In this document: piece by piece, positions 9,410 through 19,338 of the stretch
Layout of the letters: each line of letters starts with the position of its first letter
Numbering within the stretch: the first letter of the stretch is position 1
Virus record (IMG/VR): IMGVR_UViG_2600255250_000001
Coordinates: 1 to 64,000 of that record
Length of the DNA: 64,000 nt
Strand: one strand, 5' to 3'
From: a virus
Taxonomy: Duplodnaviria > Caudoviricetes
The notes under the pieces: model-generated
Seen by the model: the letters and a program-made list of their open reading frames with translations, nothing else
What the model was told of the DNA's origin: nothing
Database searches by the model: none
Made by a program: the position numbers and the translations under genes

Positions 9410-9813
9410 ACCAGCACATCACGGTCCCTCTTGTCTTTCAGGCCCCACCTCCCGAACAGATGGCGGCCGATCATCTTCAACGTCGCGTCACACAGTTCCT
9501 GGTTGACGCCTTCCCAGAGGACCCGGTTGTCCGTCCCAAGGTCCGCGTCTATCGCTTCCTGGAGGAAGCCATGGAGCTTGCTCAGGCCATGGGTGTGACC
9601 CGCTGGCAGGCTTTCAAGCTGCTCTGGTACGTCTTCGGCCGTCCGGTTGGTGACGTGAAGCAGGAGCTGGGTGGCACCGTGTTCACGCTCGTTGGCGTGG
9701 CCAACAGCCTGGGCACCAACATCATCCGCGAAGGTCATGCTTCGGTCGACGAAGCCTATGGTCGGATCGACAAGATCAGGGCCAAGAGCAAGACGAAGCC
9801 GAGGGCCTGGTGA
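9406..9813 (+). CDS. MazG-like all-alpha NTP pyrophosphohydrolase
   Basis: RFLEEAMEL...KQELGG pattern (EExxE...E). Confidence 0.55.
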   Translation: MNQHITVPLVFQAPPPEQMAADHLQRRVTQFLVDAFPEDPVVRPKVRVYRFLEEAMELAQAMGVTRWQAFKLLWYVFGRPVGDVKQELGGTVFTLVGVANSLGTNIIREGHASVDEAYGRIDKIRAKSKTKPRAW

Positions 9814-10529
9814 TGGCCAAGTTCTGGGTCCTCTCGGACCTTCACTGTGACCACAAGGGCATTGACCTTCCGATACCGGAGGTCGATGCCGTTCTGTTGG
9901 CCGGGGACATTCAAAACGATCGCTTCATCCGCGAGACGGAAGCTTTCTTCGTAGCCGGCAATCATGAGTTCTACGGCCATCCGATGGAGGATCGGAAACA
10001 GAAGCTCTCGCAATACCCCGGCTTTCTCGACGACAAGGTTAGTTTCCACAACGGCGTTCGAATCATTGGAGCCACGCTCTGGACGGATTACGAACTGTAC
10101 GGAATGGACTTCAAACCGCATGCCATGGAGATCGCTGGCCGTTCGATGAACGACCATCGGAAAATCACCTGGAGGAAGGAGCCTTGGGCGCGGTTTCGTC
10201 CAATCGAAGCCCGTCTGCTCCACCAGAACTCGCGGTGGTTCATCGAGGCCGCGCTCAAGCTGCCGCACAACGGCCCGACGGTGGTGATGACGCATCACGC
10301 CCCACACCGGAAGTCCATCCATGCGAAGTACCGGGACGATATCCTGAACGCTGCATACGTCAGCGATCTGGAAGACCTGATCCTACAGCATGAGCCTGAC
10401 CTCTGGGTCCACGGCCACGTTCACTCGTCGTTCGACTACCAAGTTGGCAAGACGAGGGTGCTCTGCAATCCTCGTGGCTACGGAGCCGAGAACCCTGATT
10501 TCAACCCCTCTCTCATTGTGGAACTTTGA
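9810..10529 (+). CDS. calcineurin-like metallophosphoesterase
   Basis: SDLH, AGDI, GNHE, THHAP, HGHVH, NPRGY motifs. Confidence 0.9.
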   Translation: MMAKFWVLSDLHCDHKGIDLPIPEVDAVLLAGDIQNDRFIRETEAFFVAGNHEFYGHPMEDRKQKLSQYPGFLDDKVSFHNGVRIIGATLWTDYELYGMDFKPHAMEIAGRSMNDHRKITWRKEPWARFRPIEARLLHQNSRWFIEAALKLPHNGPTVVMTHHAPHRKSIHAKYRDDILNAAYVSDLEDLILQHEPDLWVHGHVHSSFDYQVGKTRVLCNPRGYGAENPDFNPSLIVEL

Positions 10530-11506
10530 TGACCATCAGAGCAACAATCGTCGCCGACTCGATCTCCGACGCCGGCAAACGCATCACGACCATGCAGCTC
10601 CGCTACCCACGGTTCATCCACGCCGAGGAGCTGACGCACCGGGTTCTGTCCACGACGCCCGAGGAGATCGTCATCCAGACCATCGCCGATGGGTTGATGT
10701 ACGACGAGAATCTTTCTCGCAATGCCTCCTCATCGAGGGCGATCCCGGTGAACAAGCTCATCCAAGACGTGCTGGATGACACGGCCAAGCCGATACACTG
10801 GGGAAAGAACCAGCCGGGGATGCAAGCTGACGAGGAGCACACCGCTCCTGTTGACGTGGGCTTGGCTCTAGGCTTCCACAGGGTACATGAGGTATCACCG
10901 CAAGAAGCATGGCTAATCACACGGAATCAGATGGTCACCATGGCCCGTGCATTCGACGCCGCCGGCTACCACAAGCAGATCGTGAACCGGCTGCTTGAAC
11001 CTTTCAGCCACATCAACGTGGTGGTCACCGCCACCGAGTGGGCGAACTTCTTCGGCCTGCGGCGCCACAATGGTGCTCAGCCGGAGATCCACGAGCTGGC
11101 CGACAAGATGTTTGACGCCATGGAGTACTCGAAGCCGGTGAAACTGTACGAGGGCCAGTGGCACGTCCCCTACGTCCGCGATGACGACAAGGACATCTGG
11201 GACTACGGCCTGGCTCATGATCTAGACCTGAAGCCGTTGGCGATCAAGCTCTCGGTCGCACGTTGTGCCCGCGTCTCGTACCTGACCCACGACGGCAAGA
11301 AGCCCGACATCGCCAGCGACCTGGCTCTGTATGATCGCTTGGTCGGTTCCGAACCACTCCACGCATCGCCGGCAGAACATCAGGCAACTCCAGATAAGAC
11401 TTTCTTGCGTGGGTCTGAGCCCGAATTCGAACAGCCTAATCTCCACGGCAACTTCATTGGTTGGGTCCAGTATCGCAAGACCCTTCCAAATGAGAACATC
11501 CAATAG
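10526..11506 (+). CDS. thyX: flavin-dependent thymidylate synthase (phage ThyX-like)
   Basis: RFIHAEELTHR...SRNASSSRAIP, HKQIVNRLLEPF, AQPEI, ARCARVSY, HASPAEH. Confidence 0.85.
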   Translation: MMTIRATIVADSISDAGKRITTMQLRYPRFIHAEELTHRVLSTTPEEIVIQTIADGLMYDENLSRNASSSRAIPVNKLIQDVLDDTAKPIHWGKNQPGMQADEEHTAPVDVGLALGFHRVHEVSPQEAWLITRNQMVTMARAFDAAGYHKQIVNRLLEPFSHINVVVTATEWANFFGLRRHNGAQPEIHELADKMFDAMEYSKPVKLYEGQWHVPYVRDDDKDIWDYGLAHDLDLKPLAIKLSVARCARVSYLTHDGKKPDIASDLALYDRLVGSEPLHASPAEHQATPDKTFLRGSEPEFEQPNLHGNFIGWVQYRKTLPNENIQ

Positions 11507-11559
11507 ACTAGGCTCCAACAACACTCGAACCCTGCCGGTGCCGCTCACACATATCGAGC

Positions 11560-12000
11560 ATGGCGAAAAAGAACACCGGCAAAGCCTCTGAACAAACGTT
11601 CGAGGAAATTCACGACACTCTAGGCAAGCGGGCATACTACTGTCGGCTTGTTGATGCAGCTGAGGTGAGGGGACGGACTGGCCGCATGGGTCATGTCCGT
11701 CCTCAACCCTCCGACTACATCCTTGTCGTGGATGGCAAGACCTCCTTCGCGGAGGTAAAGTCCACCCAGAACGAAACCTCATTTCCTTTCAGTCTCCTTC
11801 GCTCGAAGCAGTCCGCTGCGGCGAAGATGATCCTGGGCGCTGGTGGTTCCTACTTTGTGTACCTCCACGACCTCACCCGCGACCGGTGGTTCAAAGTCCC
11901 ATACACGCTCATTCAGATAGTCAAGGACCATGGGAAGTCTTCGATCCCGTGGGCTGACCTGAAGGAGTTCAAGTGGGCCTTGGCGGGCCTCGCGTCATGA
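11560..12000 (+). CDS. Holliday junction resolvase, RecU-like PD-(D/E)XK nuclease
   Basis: PSDY...FAEVKST...Q pattern. Confidence 0.7.
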   Translation: MAKKNTGKASEQTFEEIHDTLGKRAYYCRLVDAAEVRGRTGRMGHVRPQPSDYILVVDGKTSFAEVKSTQNETSFPFSLLRSKQSAAAKMILGAGGSYFVYLHDLTRDRWFKVPYTLIQIVKDHGKSSIPWADLKEFKWALAGLAS

Positions 12001-12506
12001 TGGTCGACATCATTGGTTATGAGGGCCGGTATGCCATCACCAACGATGGTCGGGTTTGGAGCTATCCTCGACAAGGCACAAAAGGCGGATGGTTGAAGCC
12101 TGGTGTTACAGACGACGGCTACCTCTATGTGAACTTGGCAACTGCTCGCATCGATGGCCGTCACTATTGTACATTCTATGTGAGCCGTCTTGTCGCTGAA
12201 ACCTTTGTTCCAAACCCAGATGATCTGCCTGAAGTTGCTCACCTCGATCACGTCCGCACCAACAATCACTTCGAAAATCTTCTGTGGACCACCCACAAGG
12301 ATAATCTCCTCCAGTCCTACGCAGCTGGAAACTACGACCGTCGCGGAACAAAGAACAGCCGCAACGTCTTAACCGAGGACCAGGTTCGAAACATCCGACT
12401 TCTAAGGAGTCAAGGTGCGCCGCTCCGTCAGTTGGCTACCTCTCTCAATCTTAAAGAGGGGCATGTGACTGACATATGTTCCCGCAGAATATGGAAACAC
12501 ATTTGA
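11997..12506 (+). CDS. NUMOD4-HNH homing endonuclease
   Basis: IIGYEGRYAITNDGRVWS (NUMOD4); RLVAETFVPNP...VAHLD...NN...NL; C-terminal HTH-like region. Confidence 0.85.
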   Translation: MMVDIIGYEGRYAITNDGRVWSYPRQGTKGGWLKPGVTDDGYLYVNLATARIDGRHYCTFYVSRLVAETFVPNPDDLPEVAHLDHVRTNNHFENLLWTTHKDNLLQSYAAGNYDRRGTKNSRNVLTEDQVRNIRLLRSQGAPLRQLATSLNLKEGHVTDICSRRIWKHI

Positions 12507-13066
12507 TGAAAAACACGGGAACATTTTGTGATGTCATGTGCGACATCGAAACTGGGGGCACGCGTCCAGACCATGCCCCTATCCTCCAGATCGCCGCCGT
12601 GAAGTTCAACCTCGCAGAGAAGACCGTCGACACCACGTCGATGTTCGATCGCTGCCTGTTGATCCCACCGGGCCGCTACTGGGACGAGAGCACCCGACAA
12701 TGGTGGGGCGAGCAGAAGCGCTCGATCCTTCAGGACATCTACCCCCGCATGGAAGACCCTCGCACAGTTATGCAGGCCTTCGCCGACTGGGCTGGCTACT
12801 CGCCGATCCAACCGCTCCGCTTCTGGGCGAAGCCAACCAGCTTCGACTTCTCGTTCGTCGCCTCGTACTTCACCGACTTCGAGATCATGAATCCTTTTCA
12901 TTTTCGGTTCGCCACCGACATGAACTCCTACATCCGGGGCATGGCCGGCGACAGCAGTCTCCCGACGTTCAAGACCGACTTCGTCGGTGACGCCCACAAC
13001 GCGATCTACGACACGATCAATCAGATCGATGCCGTGTTCAAGGCAACGGAGCATTTCAAGTCATGA
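12506..13066 (+). CDS. DEDD 3'-5' exonuclease (Rv2179c/RNase T-like)
   Basis: CDIETGG, WAKPTSFD, HNAIYD motifs. Confidence 0.8.
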   Translation: MKNTGTFCDVMCDIETGGTRPDHAPILQIAAVKFNLAEKTVDTTSMFDRCLLIPPGRYWDESTRQWWGEQKRSILQDIYPRMEDPRTVMQAFADWAGYSPIQPLRFWAKPTSFDFSFVASYFTDFEIMNPFHFRFATDMNSYIRGMAGDSSLPTFKTDFVGDAHNAIYDTINQIDAVFKATEHFKS

Positions 13067-13443
13067 ACAAGTTCCTCGCAGCACTAGCAATTGTTTTTCT
13101 GACAGGGTGCCAAGCTCGGGCAGAGGCACCAAAATGCACTCCACTTCTGCCGTTCGAATTGCAGCAGCGGGAGTACATGGAGAAGGGACTCTTTCAGAAG
13201 AAGCTCGTCCTTGAAAAGGCCGAAGCCCAACAGCTCGCCGACAAGTTGTCGGTTGGGCTTAAGCTGGAAAAGCTCGTGGGCGTCGAACGTGTGGTCCTGT
13301 TGTTCAACAAGGAACACCAGAAGGTCGCGGTCTATCCGCTCCAACGCCTGAGCACCAATGGCGACCTGGAGAACTGCCACTTCCTGGTGCTGCCGATCCA
13401 GCTCTTTGTTCAAGCCCTCCAGGTTCCGGGTCAGGAAATATGA
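13063..13443 (+). CDS. putative lipoprotein
   Basis: MNKFLAALAIVFLTG-C signal peptide II lipobox. Confidence 0.65.
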   Translation: MNKFLAALAIVFLTGCQARAEAPKCTPLLPFELQQREYMEKGLFQKKLVLEKAEAQQLADKLSVGLKLEKLVGVERVVLLFNKEHQKVAVYPLQRLSTNGDLENCHFLVLPIQLFVQALQVPGQEI

Positions 13444-13997
13444 TAGGTCTACCGACTGATCCAGTCGAGGCTCAGTCCATCTTGCACCGGTTGTTGGACT
13501 ACGATCCAGCAACCGGTGTTTTGACGTGGAGGACCAGGGGCAGGGGGTGGTTTTCCAGCGACCGAATATGGAAGACCTGGAATACTCGGTACGCTGGGAA
13601 AGAGGCCTTCAACCGGATTGATGATGAGAATTATCAGTCCGGTGCGATTCTTAACAAGACCTATAGGAAACACCAGGTGGTTTGGTTGTGGGTCACCGGC
13701 AAGTGGCCAAGGGTTGTTGATCACGATGATGGAAATCGATCAAACAACAGATGGGAGAACCTAAATGAGGGGACTCAATCGGATAACGCGAAGAACCTCT
13801 CCCTTCGAATAGACAACACATCAGGGTTTATTGGGGTCTCCTTCCATAAACGTTCTAGTAAGTTTCAAGCCTACATTCAAACAGAAGGCAGGCGAATAAA
13901 TTTAGGTCTTTTCGCAACCGCTATAGAGGCCTCAGAGACCCAAAAATCCAAAGCGGGGGAACTTGGGTACAATCCAAACCACGGGCGAGCAGCATGA
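13440..13997 (+). CDS. HNH-AP2 homing endonuclease
   Basis: LLDYDPATG, VDHDDGNRSNNRWENL, DNTSGFIGV, ends NHGRAA; AT-richer than its neighbours. Confidence 0.88.
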   Translation: MIGLPTDPVEAQSILHRLLDYDPATGVLTWRTRGRGWFSSDRIWKTWNTRYAGKEAFNRIDDENYQSGAILNKTYRKHQVVWLWVTGKWPRVVDHDDGNRSNNRWENLNEGTQSDNAKNLSLRIDNTSGFIGVSFHKRSSKFQAYIQTEGRRINLGLFATAIEASETQKSKAGELGYNPNHGRAA

Positions 13998-14941
13998 TCA
14001 TCAAACACAACAAGAAAACTATCGAACTCCTCGGAGACACGCACCTTGGACGATCCTTCCTACATGGTGTCCCGTTACACCGTCGTGGTGACCGAGAGAA
14101 GATGGTCTGGGCTCAGTTCGAGAAGAGCCTGGCCGAGACCAAGGCTGACGTGCATGTCCACGTCGGCGACCTTTTCGACAAAGCCTATGTTCCGTATGAC
14201 TGCATTGTTCGAGCCGCCATCACATACCTTAAGGCTGCGACCGAGAAACCTGCAACCACCTTCATCATCCTCCGGGGCAATCACGATGTGCTCCGCGATT
14301 TGGAGAGGGTATCAGCGTTCGATCTCTTCACCCACATCGTGGGGTCACAGTCCAACATTAAAGTCGTGACCGAGAAATTCGTTCTTGGTGATGTGGCTTA
14401 TTTCGCTTGGCAACCCGTCGTCCACGCCGCCGATCTGGTAGCGGGAACGACTGGCAAAATTTGTGTGGGGCATTGGGATGTCACGAGCTTCGGCGGCAAC
14501 GACGAGAACCTGATCCCCACGAAGCAGCTTGCCGAGGCTGGCTTCACCCACGCCTATACCGGACATATCCATCGTGCTGATCAGTTCGACCGCGACGGTA
14601 TTGACGTGATGGTTGTCGGTTCGATGCAACCATTTGCGCACGGAGAGGAGTCTAACACCGATCTCTACATCACCCTGACCAAGGACGAGATTGACGACAC
14701 CCTCCACGACCGTTGCGTCCGCATCATCTTGCAACCCGATGAAATCCTCGATGAGGAAATCGACTGTCTCCAACTGACCGTCAAGAAGCTCGACGGCGTA
14801 GATGAGGAGATGCCGGCGGTCGTGCTCGGCGACTTCGACATGATCAGTCTCTTCCGTACCGCCTTCGCGGAGGTCAACCCAGAAATCACTGAAACACTCC
14901 TGCAACAGTTCAACCTAAAGAGGCTGGCCGATGGCTCTTAG
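13994..14941 (+). CDS. SbcD/Mre11-like nuclease subunit
   Basis: GDTHLG, VGDLFD, RGNHD, GHIH, VGS; upstream of an SbcC-like gene. Confidence 0.85.
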   Translation: MIIKHNKKTIELLGDTHLGRSFLHGVPLHRRGDREKMVWAQFEKSLAETKADVHVHVGDLFDKAYVPYDCIVRAAITYLKAATEKPATTFIILRGNHDVLRDLERVSAFDLFTHIVGSQSNIKVVTEKFVLGDVAYFAWQPVVHAADLVAGTTGKICVGHWDVTSFGGNDENLIPTKQLAEAGFTHAYTGHIHRADQFDRDGIDVMVVGSMQPFAHGEESNTDLYITLTKDEIDDTLHDRCVRIILQPDEILDEEIDCLQLTVKKLDGVDEEMPAVVLGDFDMISLFRTAFAEVNPEITETLLQQFNLKRLADGS

Positions 14942-15170
14942 ACCCCTCACGAGAACTGCTGAAGAGTACGTCGACGCAATGGCTGAGTGGCTCACCTGTA
15001 CGAGGCTCACCAACTATGAGCGCTCACTCGTCACCGTGCTGAAGGAAGCAGCAGAGAAGGGTCTTGGAGAATTCGACGAGACCCGCGTCTTCGTGTTGCG
15101 CAACTACGGCCTGATCATCTGGACCTGTGTCTCAAAAGCACGAGCTGAAGGGCTATGCAAAAATGCTTAA
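14931..15170 (+). CDS. hypothetical protein
   Basis: 79-aa ORF overlapping both the sbcD-like and sbcC-like genes. Confidence 0.55.
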   Translation: MALRPLTRTAEEYVDAMAEWLTCTRLTNYERSLVTVLKEAAEKGLGEFDETRVFVLRNYGLIIWTCVSKARAEGLCKNA

Positions 15171-17211
15171 AAACCTCACCTACTCCGTGACCTTCCCGAG
15201 TACGGGCAGGACACTGGCCGAGACCGTCGAGTTTAAGGCGGGCTTCGGCGCCATCACTGGACCAAACGAAAGCGGAAAATCGTTTATCATCGAGATGATC
15301 CGCTGGTTGTTCTTCGGCACCGCTGCCTTGCGGGGCACGGTCCCGGATTACAAGAAGCTCACCGGTGAGCTGACGTTCACGATCCGTGATGTCGACTACC
15401 GAGTGTGGCGGACGATCACCCAGGCCAAGGTCTTCCGGGGCAAGGAGCAGATCGCTGTCGGCACCAAGCTGGTCAACGCCAAGATCGTCGAGCTGTTGAC
15501 CTTCGGCATGGACGTGTTCGACATCGCTAACGTGGCCAACCAGGGAGACCTGGAGAAGCTGGGAAGCATGAAACCGACCGAGCGCAAGCGCATGGTCGAT
15601 AGTGTCATTGGGCTAGGCGTCATCGAGGACCTTGCAAAGTCAGCCGGGGACGAGGCGCTGGCGCTAGGTCGCAGGGCAGACGACCTCAAATCTTCTTTGT
15701 ACGAGCCACCCGAGCCCGTCCTGCCCGAGAACTACCGGCCAGCCAAGGAAATCCTGGCCGACCTGGACTCAATCCGGAACCTGAAGACGGAATTCGACCA
15801 GCTGCAAGGCTGGCTGTCCGTCGAGCGAGTTCCGCCAGTGAAGCCGGTGTCGAAGATCGACATGCCGCTCGATGTCATCCGCTCGATGCTGGACGGCCAG
15901 AACGAGACCAAGGCCCAGCACCTCGCCTTGGCCATTCAGCTCGACAACCTGCCGGCGCCGTCGCCCTACAGCGAAGAGCAGCTGTCCAAAGTTTGTATAC
16001 AAATTTCGGACTACGACAAATGGCAGGAGCTGGTCCGCTTCAGGGCTCAGTATCCAACGCCGGCCTATACCCGCGAGCAGCTGGCTGAGGCTGACAGTGC
16101 CATTGTTGAGTACGTCAACCACCAGCTCCTGGAGAATGCACGGGGCAAACTTGGAGAGCTGCTCGATCACGGTCACCATGAGTGTCCTGAGTGTGAGCAC
16201 CGCTGGCCGGTCGAGGCCGATGCGGTGGAGAAGATGCAGGCCGAGATCGAACGGCTCAGTCAGCTTCCAAACTCCGATTTGGAGCCGGCGCTGACCTCAG
16301 CTCAGGTCCGTGTGGAGTTGCACAACATCGATCACTTCGAGTCAGGCATCAGCCCAGAGGTGGTCCCCGAGGCCAGCCGGCCGCTCCTGACGGGGTCACA
16401 GGTCGATGAGCATCGCAGGGCCAACGCTGCTGCTGCCCAACGGGAAACGCTCTCAGCTACCCTCGCCAGCTACGCCAAGCGCCTTGCGGACATGCCCAAC
16501 TACCAGGTCATGCTCAACAACCAGGGTGCTCACCAAGCCCTGATGGTTCAGTTCGAGAACGACATGATTAACTTCGAGGTTTGGAAGGCTGAACGAGCCG
16601 ACAAGCTCGTCCGGTCGGTCATGCTGGAAGCGTCGGTCGCTCAACTCCCCTCATTATACGCGGCCTATGAGGTTTCCTGCGCCTACGAGATCCAAAAAGG
16701 AAACTATGACGAGCTTGCCGAGCGCTACCGGCAGGCGACTGAAACCATAGCTTACTTCTCGGAGCAATCCGGCGAGTGGAAGAAGGCGAAGGAAGCTTTG
16801 ACCACTCTCCGCACCATGGTCAAGCAGCACCTGGTCCCGTCTCTGAACCGGGTGGCGAGCCATCTGATCAAGCAGATGACTGGCGGGCAGCGTCAGAAGA
16901 TTGAGGTCGACGACGACTTCAACATCTTGGTTGACGATCAGTCGATCTCTACCCTCTCGGGGTCGGGAAAAGCTGTCGCCAACTTGGCCTTGCGTCTGGG
17001 TCTAGGTCAGGTCCTGACCAACAATGTCTTCAGCCTCTTCATGGCTGATGAGATCGACGCCTCTATGGACAAGGACAGGGCCGAGAATACTTCCTATACC
17101 CTACAGACACTCAAAACCCGTATCTCGCAAATACTGCTCGTGACTCACAAATATCCCCAAGCAGACTACTACGTCAACTTGGGTGAAACTAATGAACCAG
17201 AGATCGCTTGA
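15163..17211 (+). CDS. SbcC/Rad50-like ABC ATPase
   Basis: Walker A GPNESGKS, central CPEC zinc hook, signature LSGSG, Walker B FMADE, VTH. Confidence 0.9.
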   Translation: MLKNLTYSVTFPSTGRTLAETVEFKAGFGAITGPNESGKSFIIEMIRWLFFGTAALRGTVPDYKKLTGELTFTIRDVDYRVWRTITQAKVFRGKEQIAVGTKLVNAKIVELLTFGMDVFDIANVANQGDLEKLGSMKPTERKRMVDSVIGLGVIEDLAKSAGDEALALGRRADDLKSSLYEPPEPVLPENYRPAKEILADLDSIRNLKTEFDQLQGWLSVERVPPVKPVSKIDMPLDVIRSMLDGQNETKAQHLALAIQLDNLPAPSPYSEEQLSKVCIQISDYDKWQELVRFRAQYPTPAYTREQLAEADSAIVEYVNHQLLENARGKLGELLDHGHHECPECEHRWPVEADAVEKMQAEIERLSQLPNSDLEPALTSAQVRVELHNIDHFESGISPEVVPEASRPLLTGSQVDEHRRANAAAAQRETLSATLASYAKRLADMPNYQVMLNNQGAHQALMVQFENDMINFEVWKAERADKLVRSVMLEASVAQLPSLYAAYEVSCAYEIQKGNYDELAERYRQATETIAYFSEQSGEWKKAKEALTTLRTMVKQHLVPSLNRVASHLIKQMTGGQRQKIEVDDDFNILVDDQSISTLSGSGKAVANLALRLGLGQVLTNNVFSLFMADEIDASMDKDRAENTSYTLQTLKTRISQILLVTHKYPQADYYVNLGETNEPEIA

Positions 17212-17602
17212 AGAGCAGCTAATTCTTGAGGAACTGAAGAAGACGGACGGCAACATCTCGCGTGTCTCTCGTGTCCTTGGCCTCGACTACTTCTACATGA
17301 AACAGAAATACGGCGGGTCGGACTATATACCGTTCCGACCCGCTGTCGGTCCTGAACCGATCGACATCAGAACACTAGGGCGACCGTCTTTCGAACCCTA
17401 CGTGATCGCCGTGAAGAAGGCCGGCTGCCGCTGGCCTGAGAAGTTCGACGCCATCATCGCCGACGCCAGAAAGAAGTTCGACGCTGGAACCCACGAAATG
17501 TTCCAGACCCCCAACGATGGTTGGGTCGTCCAGTACCTGATCCCGCGCATGACGCGGGCAGTTGCGAGAACCTTCTTTCAAACCATGGTGCCAATGATAT
17601 GA
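17192..17602 (+). CDS. hypothetical protein with N-terminal Fis-like HTH
   Basis: EELKKTDGNISRVSRVLGL resembles a Fis-type HTH. Confidence 0.5.
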   Translation: MNQRSLEEQLILEELKKTDGNISRVSRVLGLDYFYMKQKYGGSDYIPFRPAVGPEPIDIRTLGRPSFEPYVIAVKKAGCRWPEKFDAIIADARKKFDAGTHEMFQTPNDGWVVQYLIPRMTRAVARTFFQTMVPMI

Positions 17603-18120
17603 GCGCGATCCTCCTCAACACGGGTCGCCTCGTCGACCCCTTCCAAATCGAGAAGTACAGCTTCACAGCTATCGATTTCATCCATCCCATCTGTCTTCTA
17701 AACCGCTACACTGGACACACTAGGAAGCCGATCTCGGTCGGTGAGCACACAGTCAAGCTGGCTGACTCCCTTCAGGTTCGAGCCCGAGGGCTCAAGCGAG
17801 CAGCGACGATCCACGACTTCGGTGAGGCGCTGACGAACGACATTCCGCATCCTTACAAGAAAGATCCGGATTTTCGCGCGTACGTGAAGCTCGAAGAGCG
17901 AGTCCAACGTCACATCTTCAACGTCTTCGGCGAGCCGTGGGAGAACATGGAGGCTCTCCATGAGTTTGACCGCCGTATCTGTGCCGACGAAATGGCTCAG
18001 GGCTTCAACCCTCCCTACGTCTATCCGATGGAGCCGCTCGGCATCCACGTAAGCTTCTGGAGCTGGCAGACAGCAGAGCGTCATCTCACGACCCTATGCC
18101 AGGAAGTGGGGGTGCTCTAA
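17599..18120 (+). CDS. HD-domain phosphohydrolase (YfbR/YfdR-like 5'-deoxynucleotidase family)
   Basis: RYTGH, SVGEH, IHDFGEALTND, final D in DRRICADE. Confidence 0.8.
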   Translation: MSAILLNTGRLVDPFQIEKYSFTAIDFIHPICLLNRYTGHTRKPISVGEHTVKLADSLQVRARGLKRAATIHDFGEALTNDIPHPYKKDPDFRAYVKLEERVQRHIFNVFGEPWENMEALHEFDRRICADEMAQGFNPPYVYPMEPLGIHVSFWSWQTAERHLTTLCQEVGVL

Positions 18121-18773
18121 TGGCGATGCTTCGATACAACGCCGGCAAGCCGCCACTCACTCTGGTTCCGACTGCATTAATCATGACGGTCGCGGCAGGG
18201 TGGGAAGGCGACTTCTTCAGAACCCCAACACTGATGATTGAGGACGTGGCTCGCGTCCTCGACTTCGGCCAGAAGAAGTATTCAGCCCACAACTGGCGGA
18301 AGGGTGGATCATGGTGCGCCGTCCTGGACTGTGCGATGCGGCACATGAACAAGATCGCCCGTGGTGAGACCCACGACGACGAGAGCGGCCTGCATCACTA
18401 CGCCCACGTCGGCTGCAACATCGCTTTCCTGTTGGAGTTCATCGAGCAGAAGGTCGGGGACAACGACCGACACAGGCTGGCGATCCGCAAGCCTCGTCCA
18501 GGGTTTGGCGATGAACCGTTCAACAACCTCTACAGCGAGCTGTTGGCTTGGAAAGACGGTGACGACTTCGCTCTAGACAGCGCCGCCATCATCCTCGCCC
18601 GGCACTACGAGGAACTGAACCCCGGGATCGTGCCTGGGACATCCCCTCACGCCCATGTCCAGTTCCCACTACCAGTGCTGAGTATGGTCAGCGAACACGT
18701 TCTCAGAAAGTCGACCGTCGAAGCGATTACGAAAAGCATGCCGATTATCGGTGACAGGAACACAACCCTATGA
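18120..18773 (+). CDS. dATP/dGTP diphosphohydrolase N-terminal-like (former DUF5664) protein
   Basis: RYNAGKP..LVP, VLDFGQKKYSAHNWRKG, AMRH, GETHDDESGLHHYAHVGCNIAFL. Confidence 0.75.
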   Translation: MAMLRYNAGKPPLTLVPTALIMTVAAGWEGDFFRTPTLMIEDVARVLDFGQKKYSAHNWRKGGSWCAVLDCAMRHMNKIARGETHDDESGLHHYAHVGCNIAFLLEFIEQKVGDNDRHRLAIRKPRPGFGDEPFNNLYSELLAWKDGDDFALDSAAIILARHYEELNPGIVPGTSPHAHVQFPLPVLSMVSEHVLRKSTVEAITKSMPIIGDRNTTL

Positions 18774-19297
18774 CCATGAAGCAATACCTCATCTCGTCCG
18801 CTCGCACCGCAGCCGGCTCGGTCTTCACCGGTTTGGCGCCATGGTCAGTCCTTGTGGCCGTTGTTCAGGCTCGCATCGATGCTTCCCATATGATCGACGG
18901 TGCCAAGAAGGCTCTGTTCTACGGTAAGCGCAAGCCCATCTTTCATGACCTGGTGACAGACATCATGAAGGAAGACGGTGCGATCCTCGAATATCCCGAA
19001 GGGATCGAGCCCGACCTTATCCACGCCGCCCTTGGAGTGGACAGCGAGTCTACCGAGCTGCTGGAGGTGCTTCAGACCTACCTGGAGACCGGCGTTATCG
19101 ACCGTGAGAAGTTCATGGACGAGGCCGGAGACCTCCAGTGGTACCTGGCTATGCTCTATCGCAAAATCGGAACCACGTTCGAGGAGGTTGGCGAAAGGAA
19201 CATCGCCAAGCTGATGGTTCGATATCCCAACAAGTTCGACGCTGAGCTTGCGACCACTCATCGGGACGATGCCAAGGAAAGGGTCGTGTTCCAATAG
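18770..19297 (+). CDS. MazG-like nucleotide pyrophosphohydrolase
   Basis: HAALGVDSESTEL...DEAGDLQWYLA...NIAKL..RYP. Confidence 0.8.
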   Translation: MTMKQYLISSARTAAGSVFTGLAPWSVLVAVVQARIDASHMIDGAKKALFYGKRKPIFHDLVTDIMKEDGAILEYPEGIEPDLIHAALGVDSESTELLEVLQTYLETGVIDREKFMDEAGDLQWYLAMLYRKIGTTFEEVGERNIAKLMVRYPNKFDAELATTHRDDAKERVVFQ

Positions 19298-19338
19298 ACC
19301 AAGACCCACGAACCATTCTCTCGATGTCGAAACTACCT

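Noticed and set aside
17599-19297. Canonical Z-genome (2-aminoadenine) cluster
   Set aside because: No PurZ/adenylosuccinate-synthetase-like ORF in the window; kept only as an open hypothesis.
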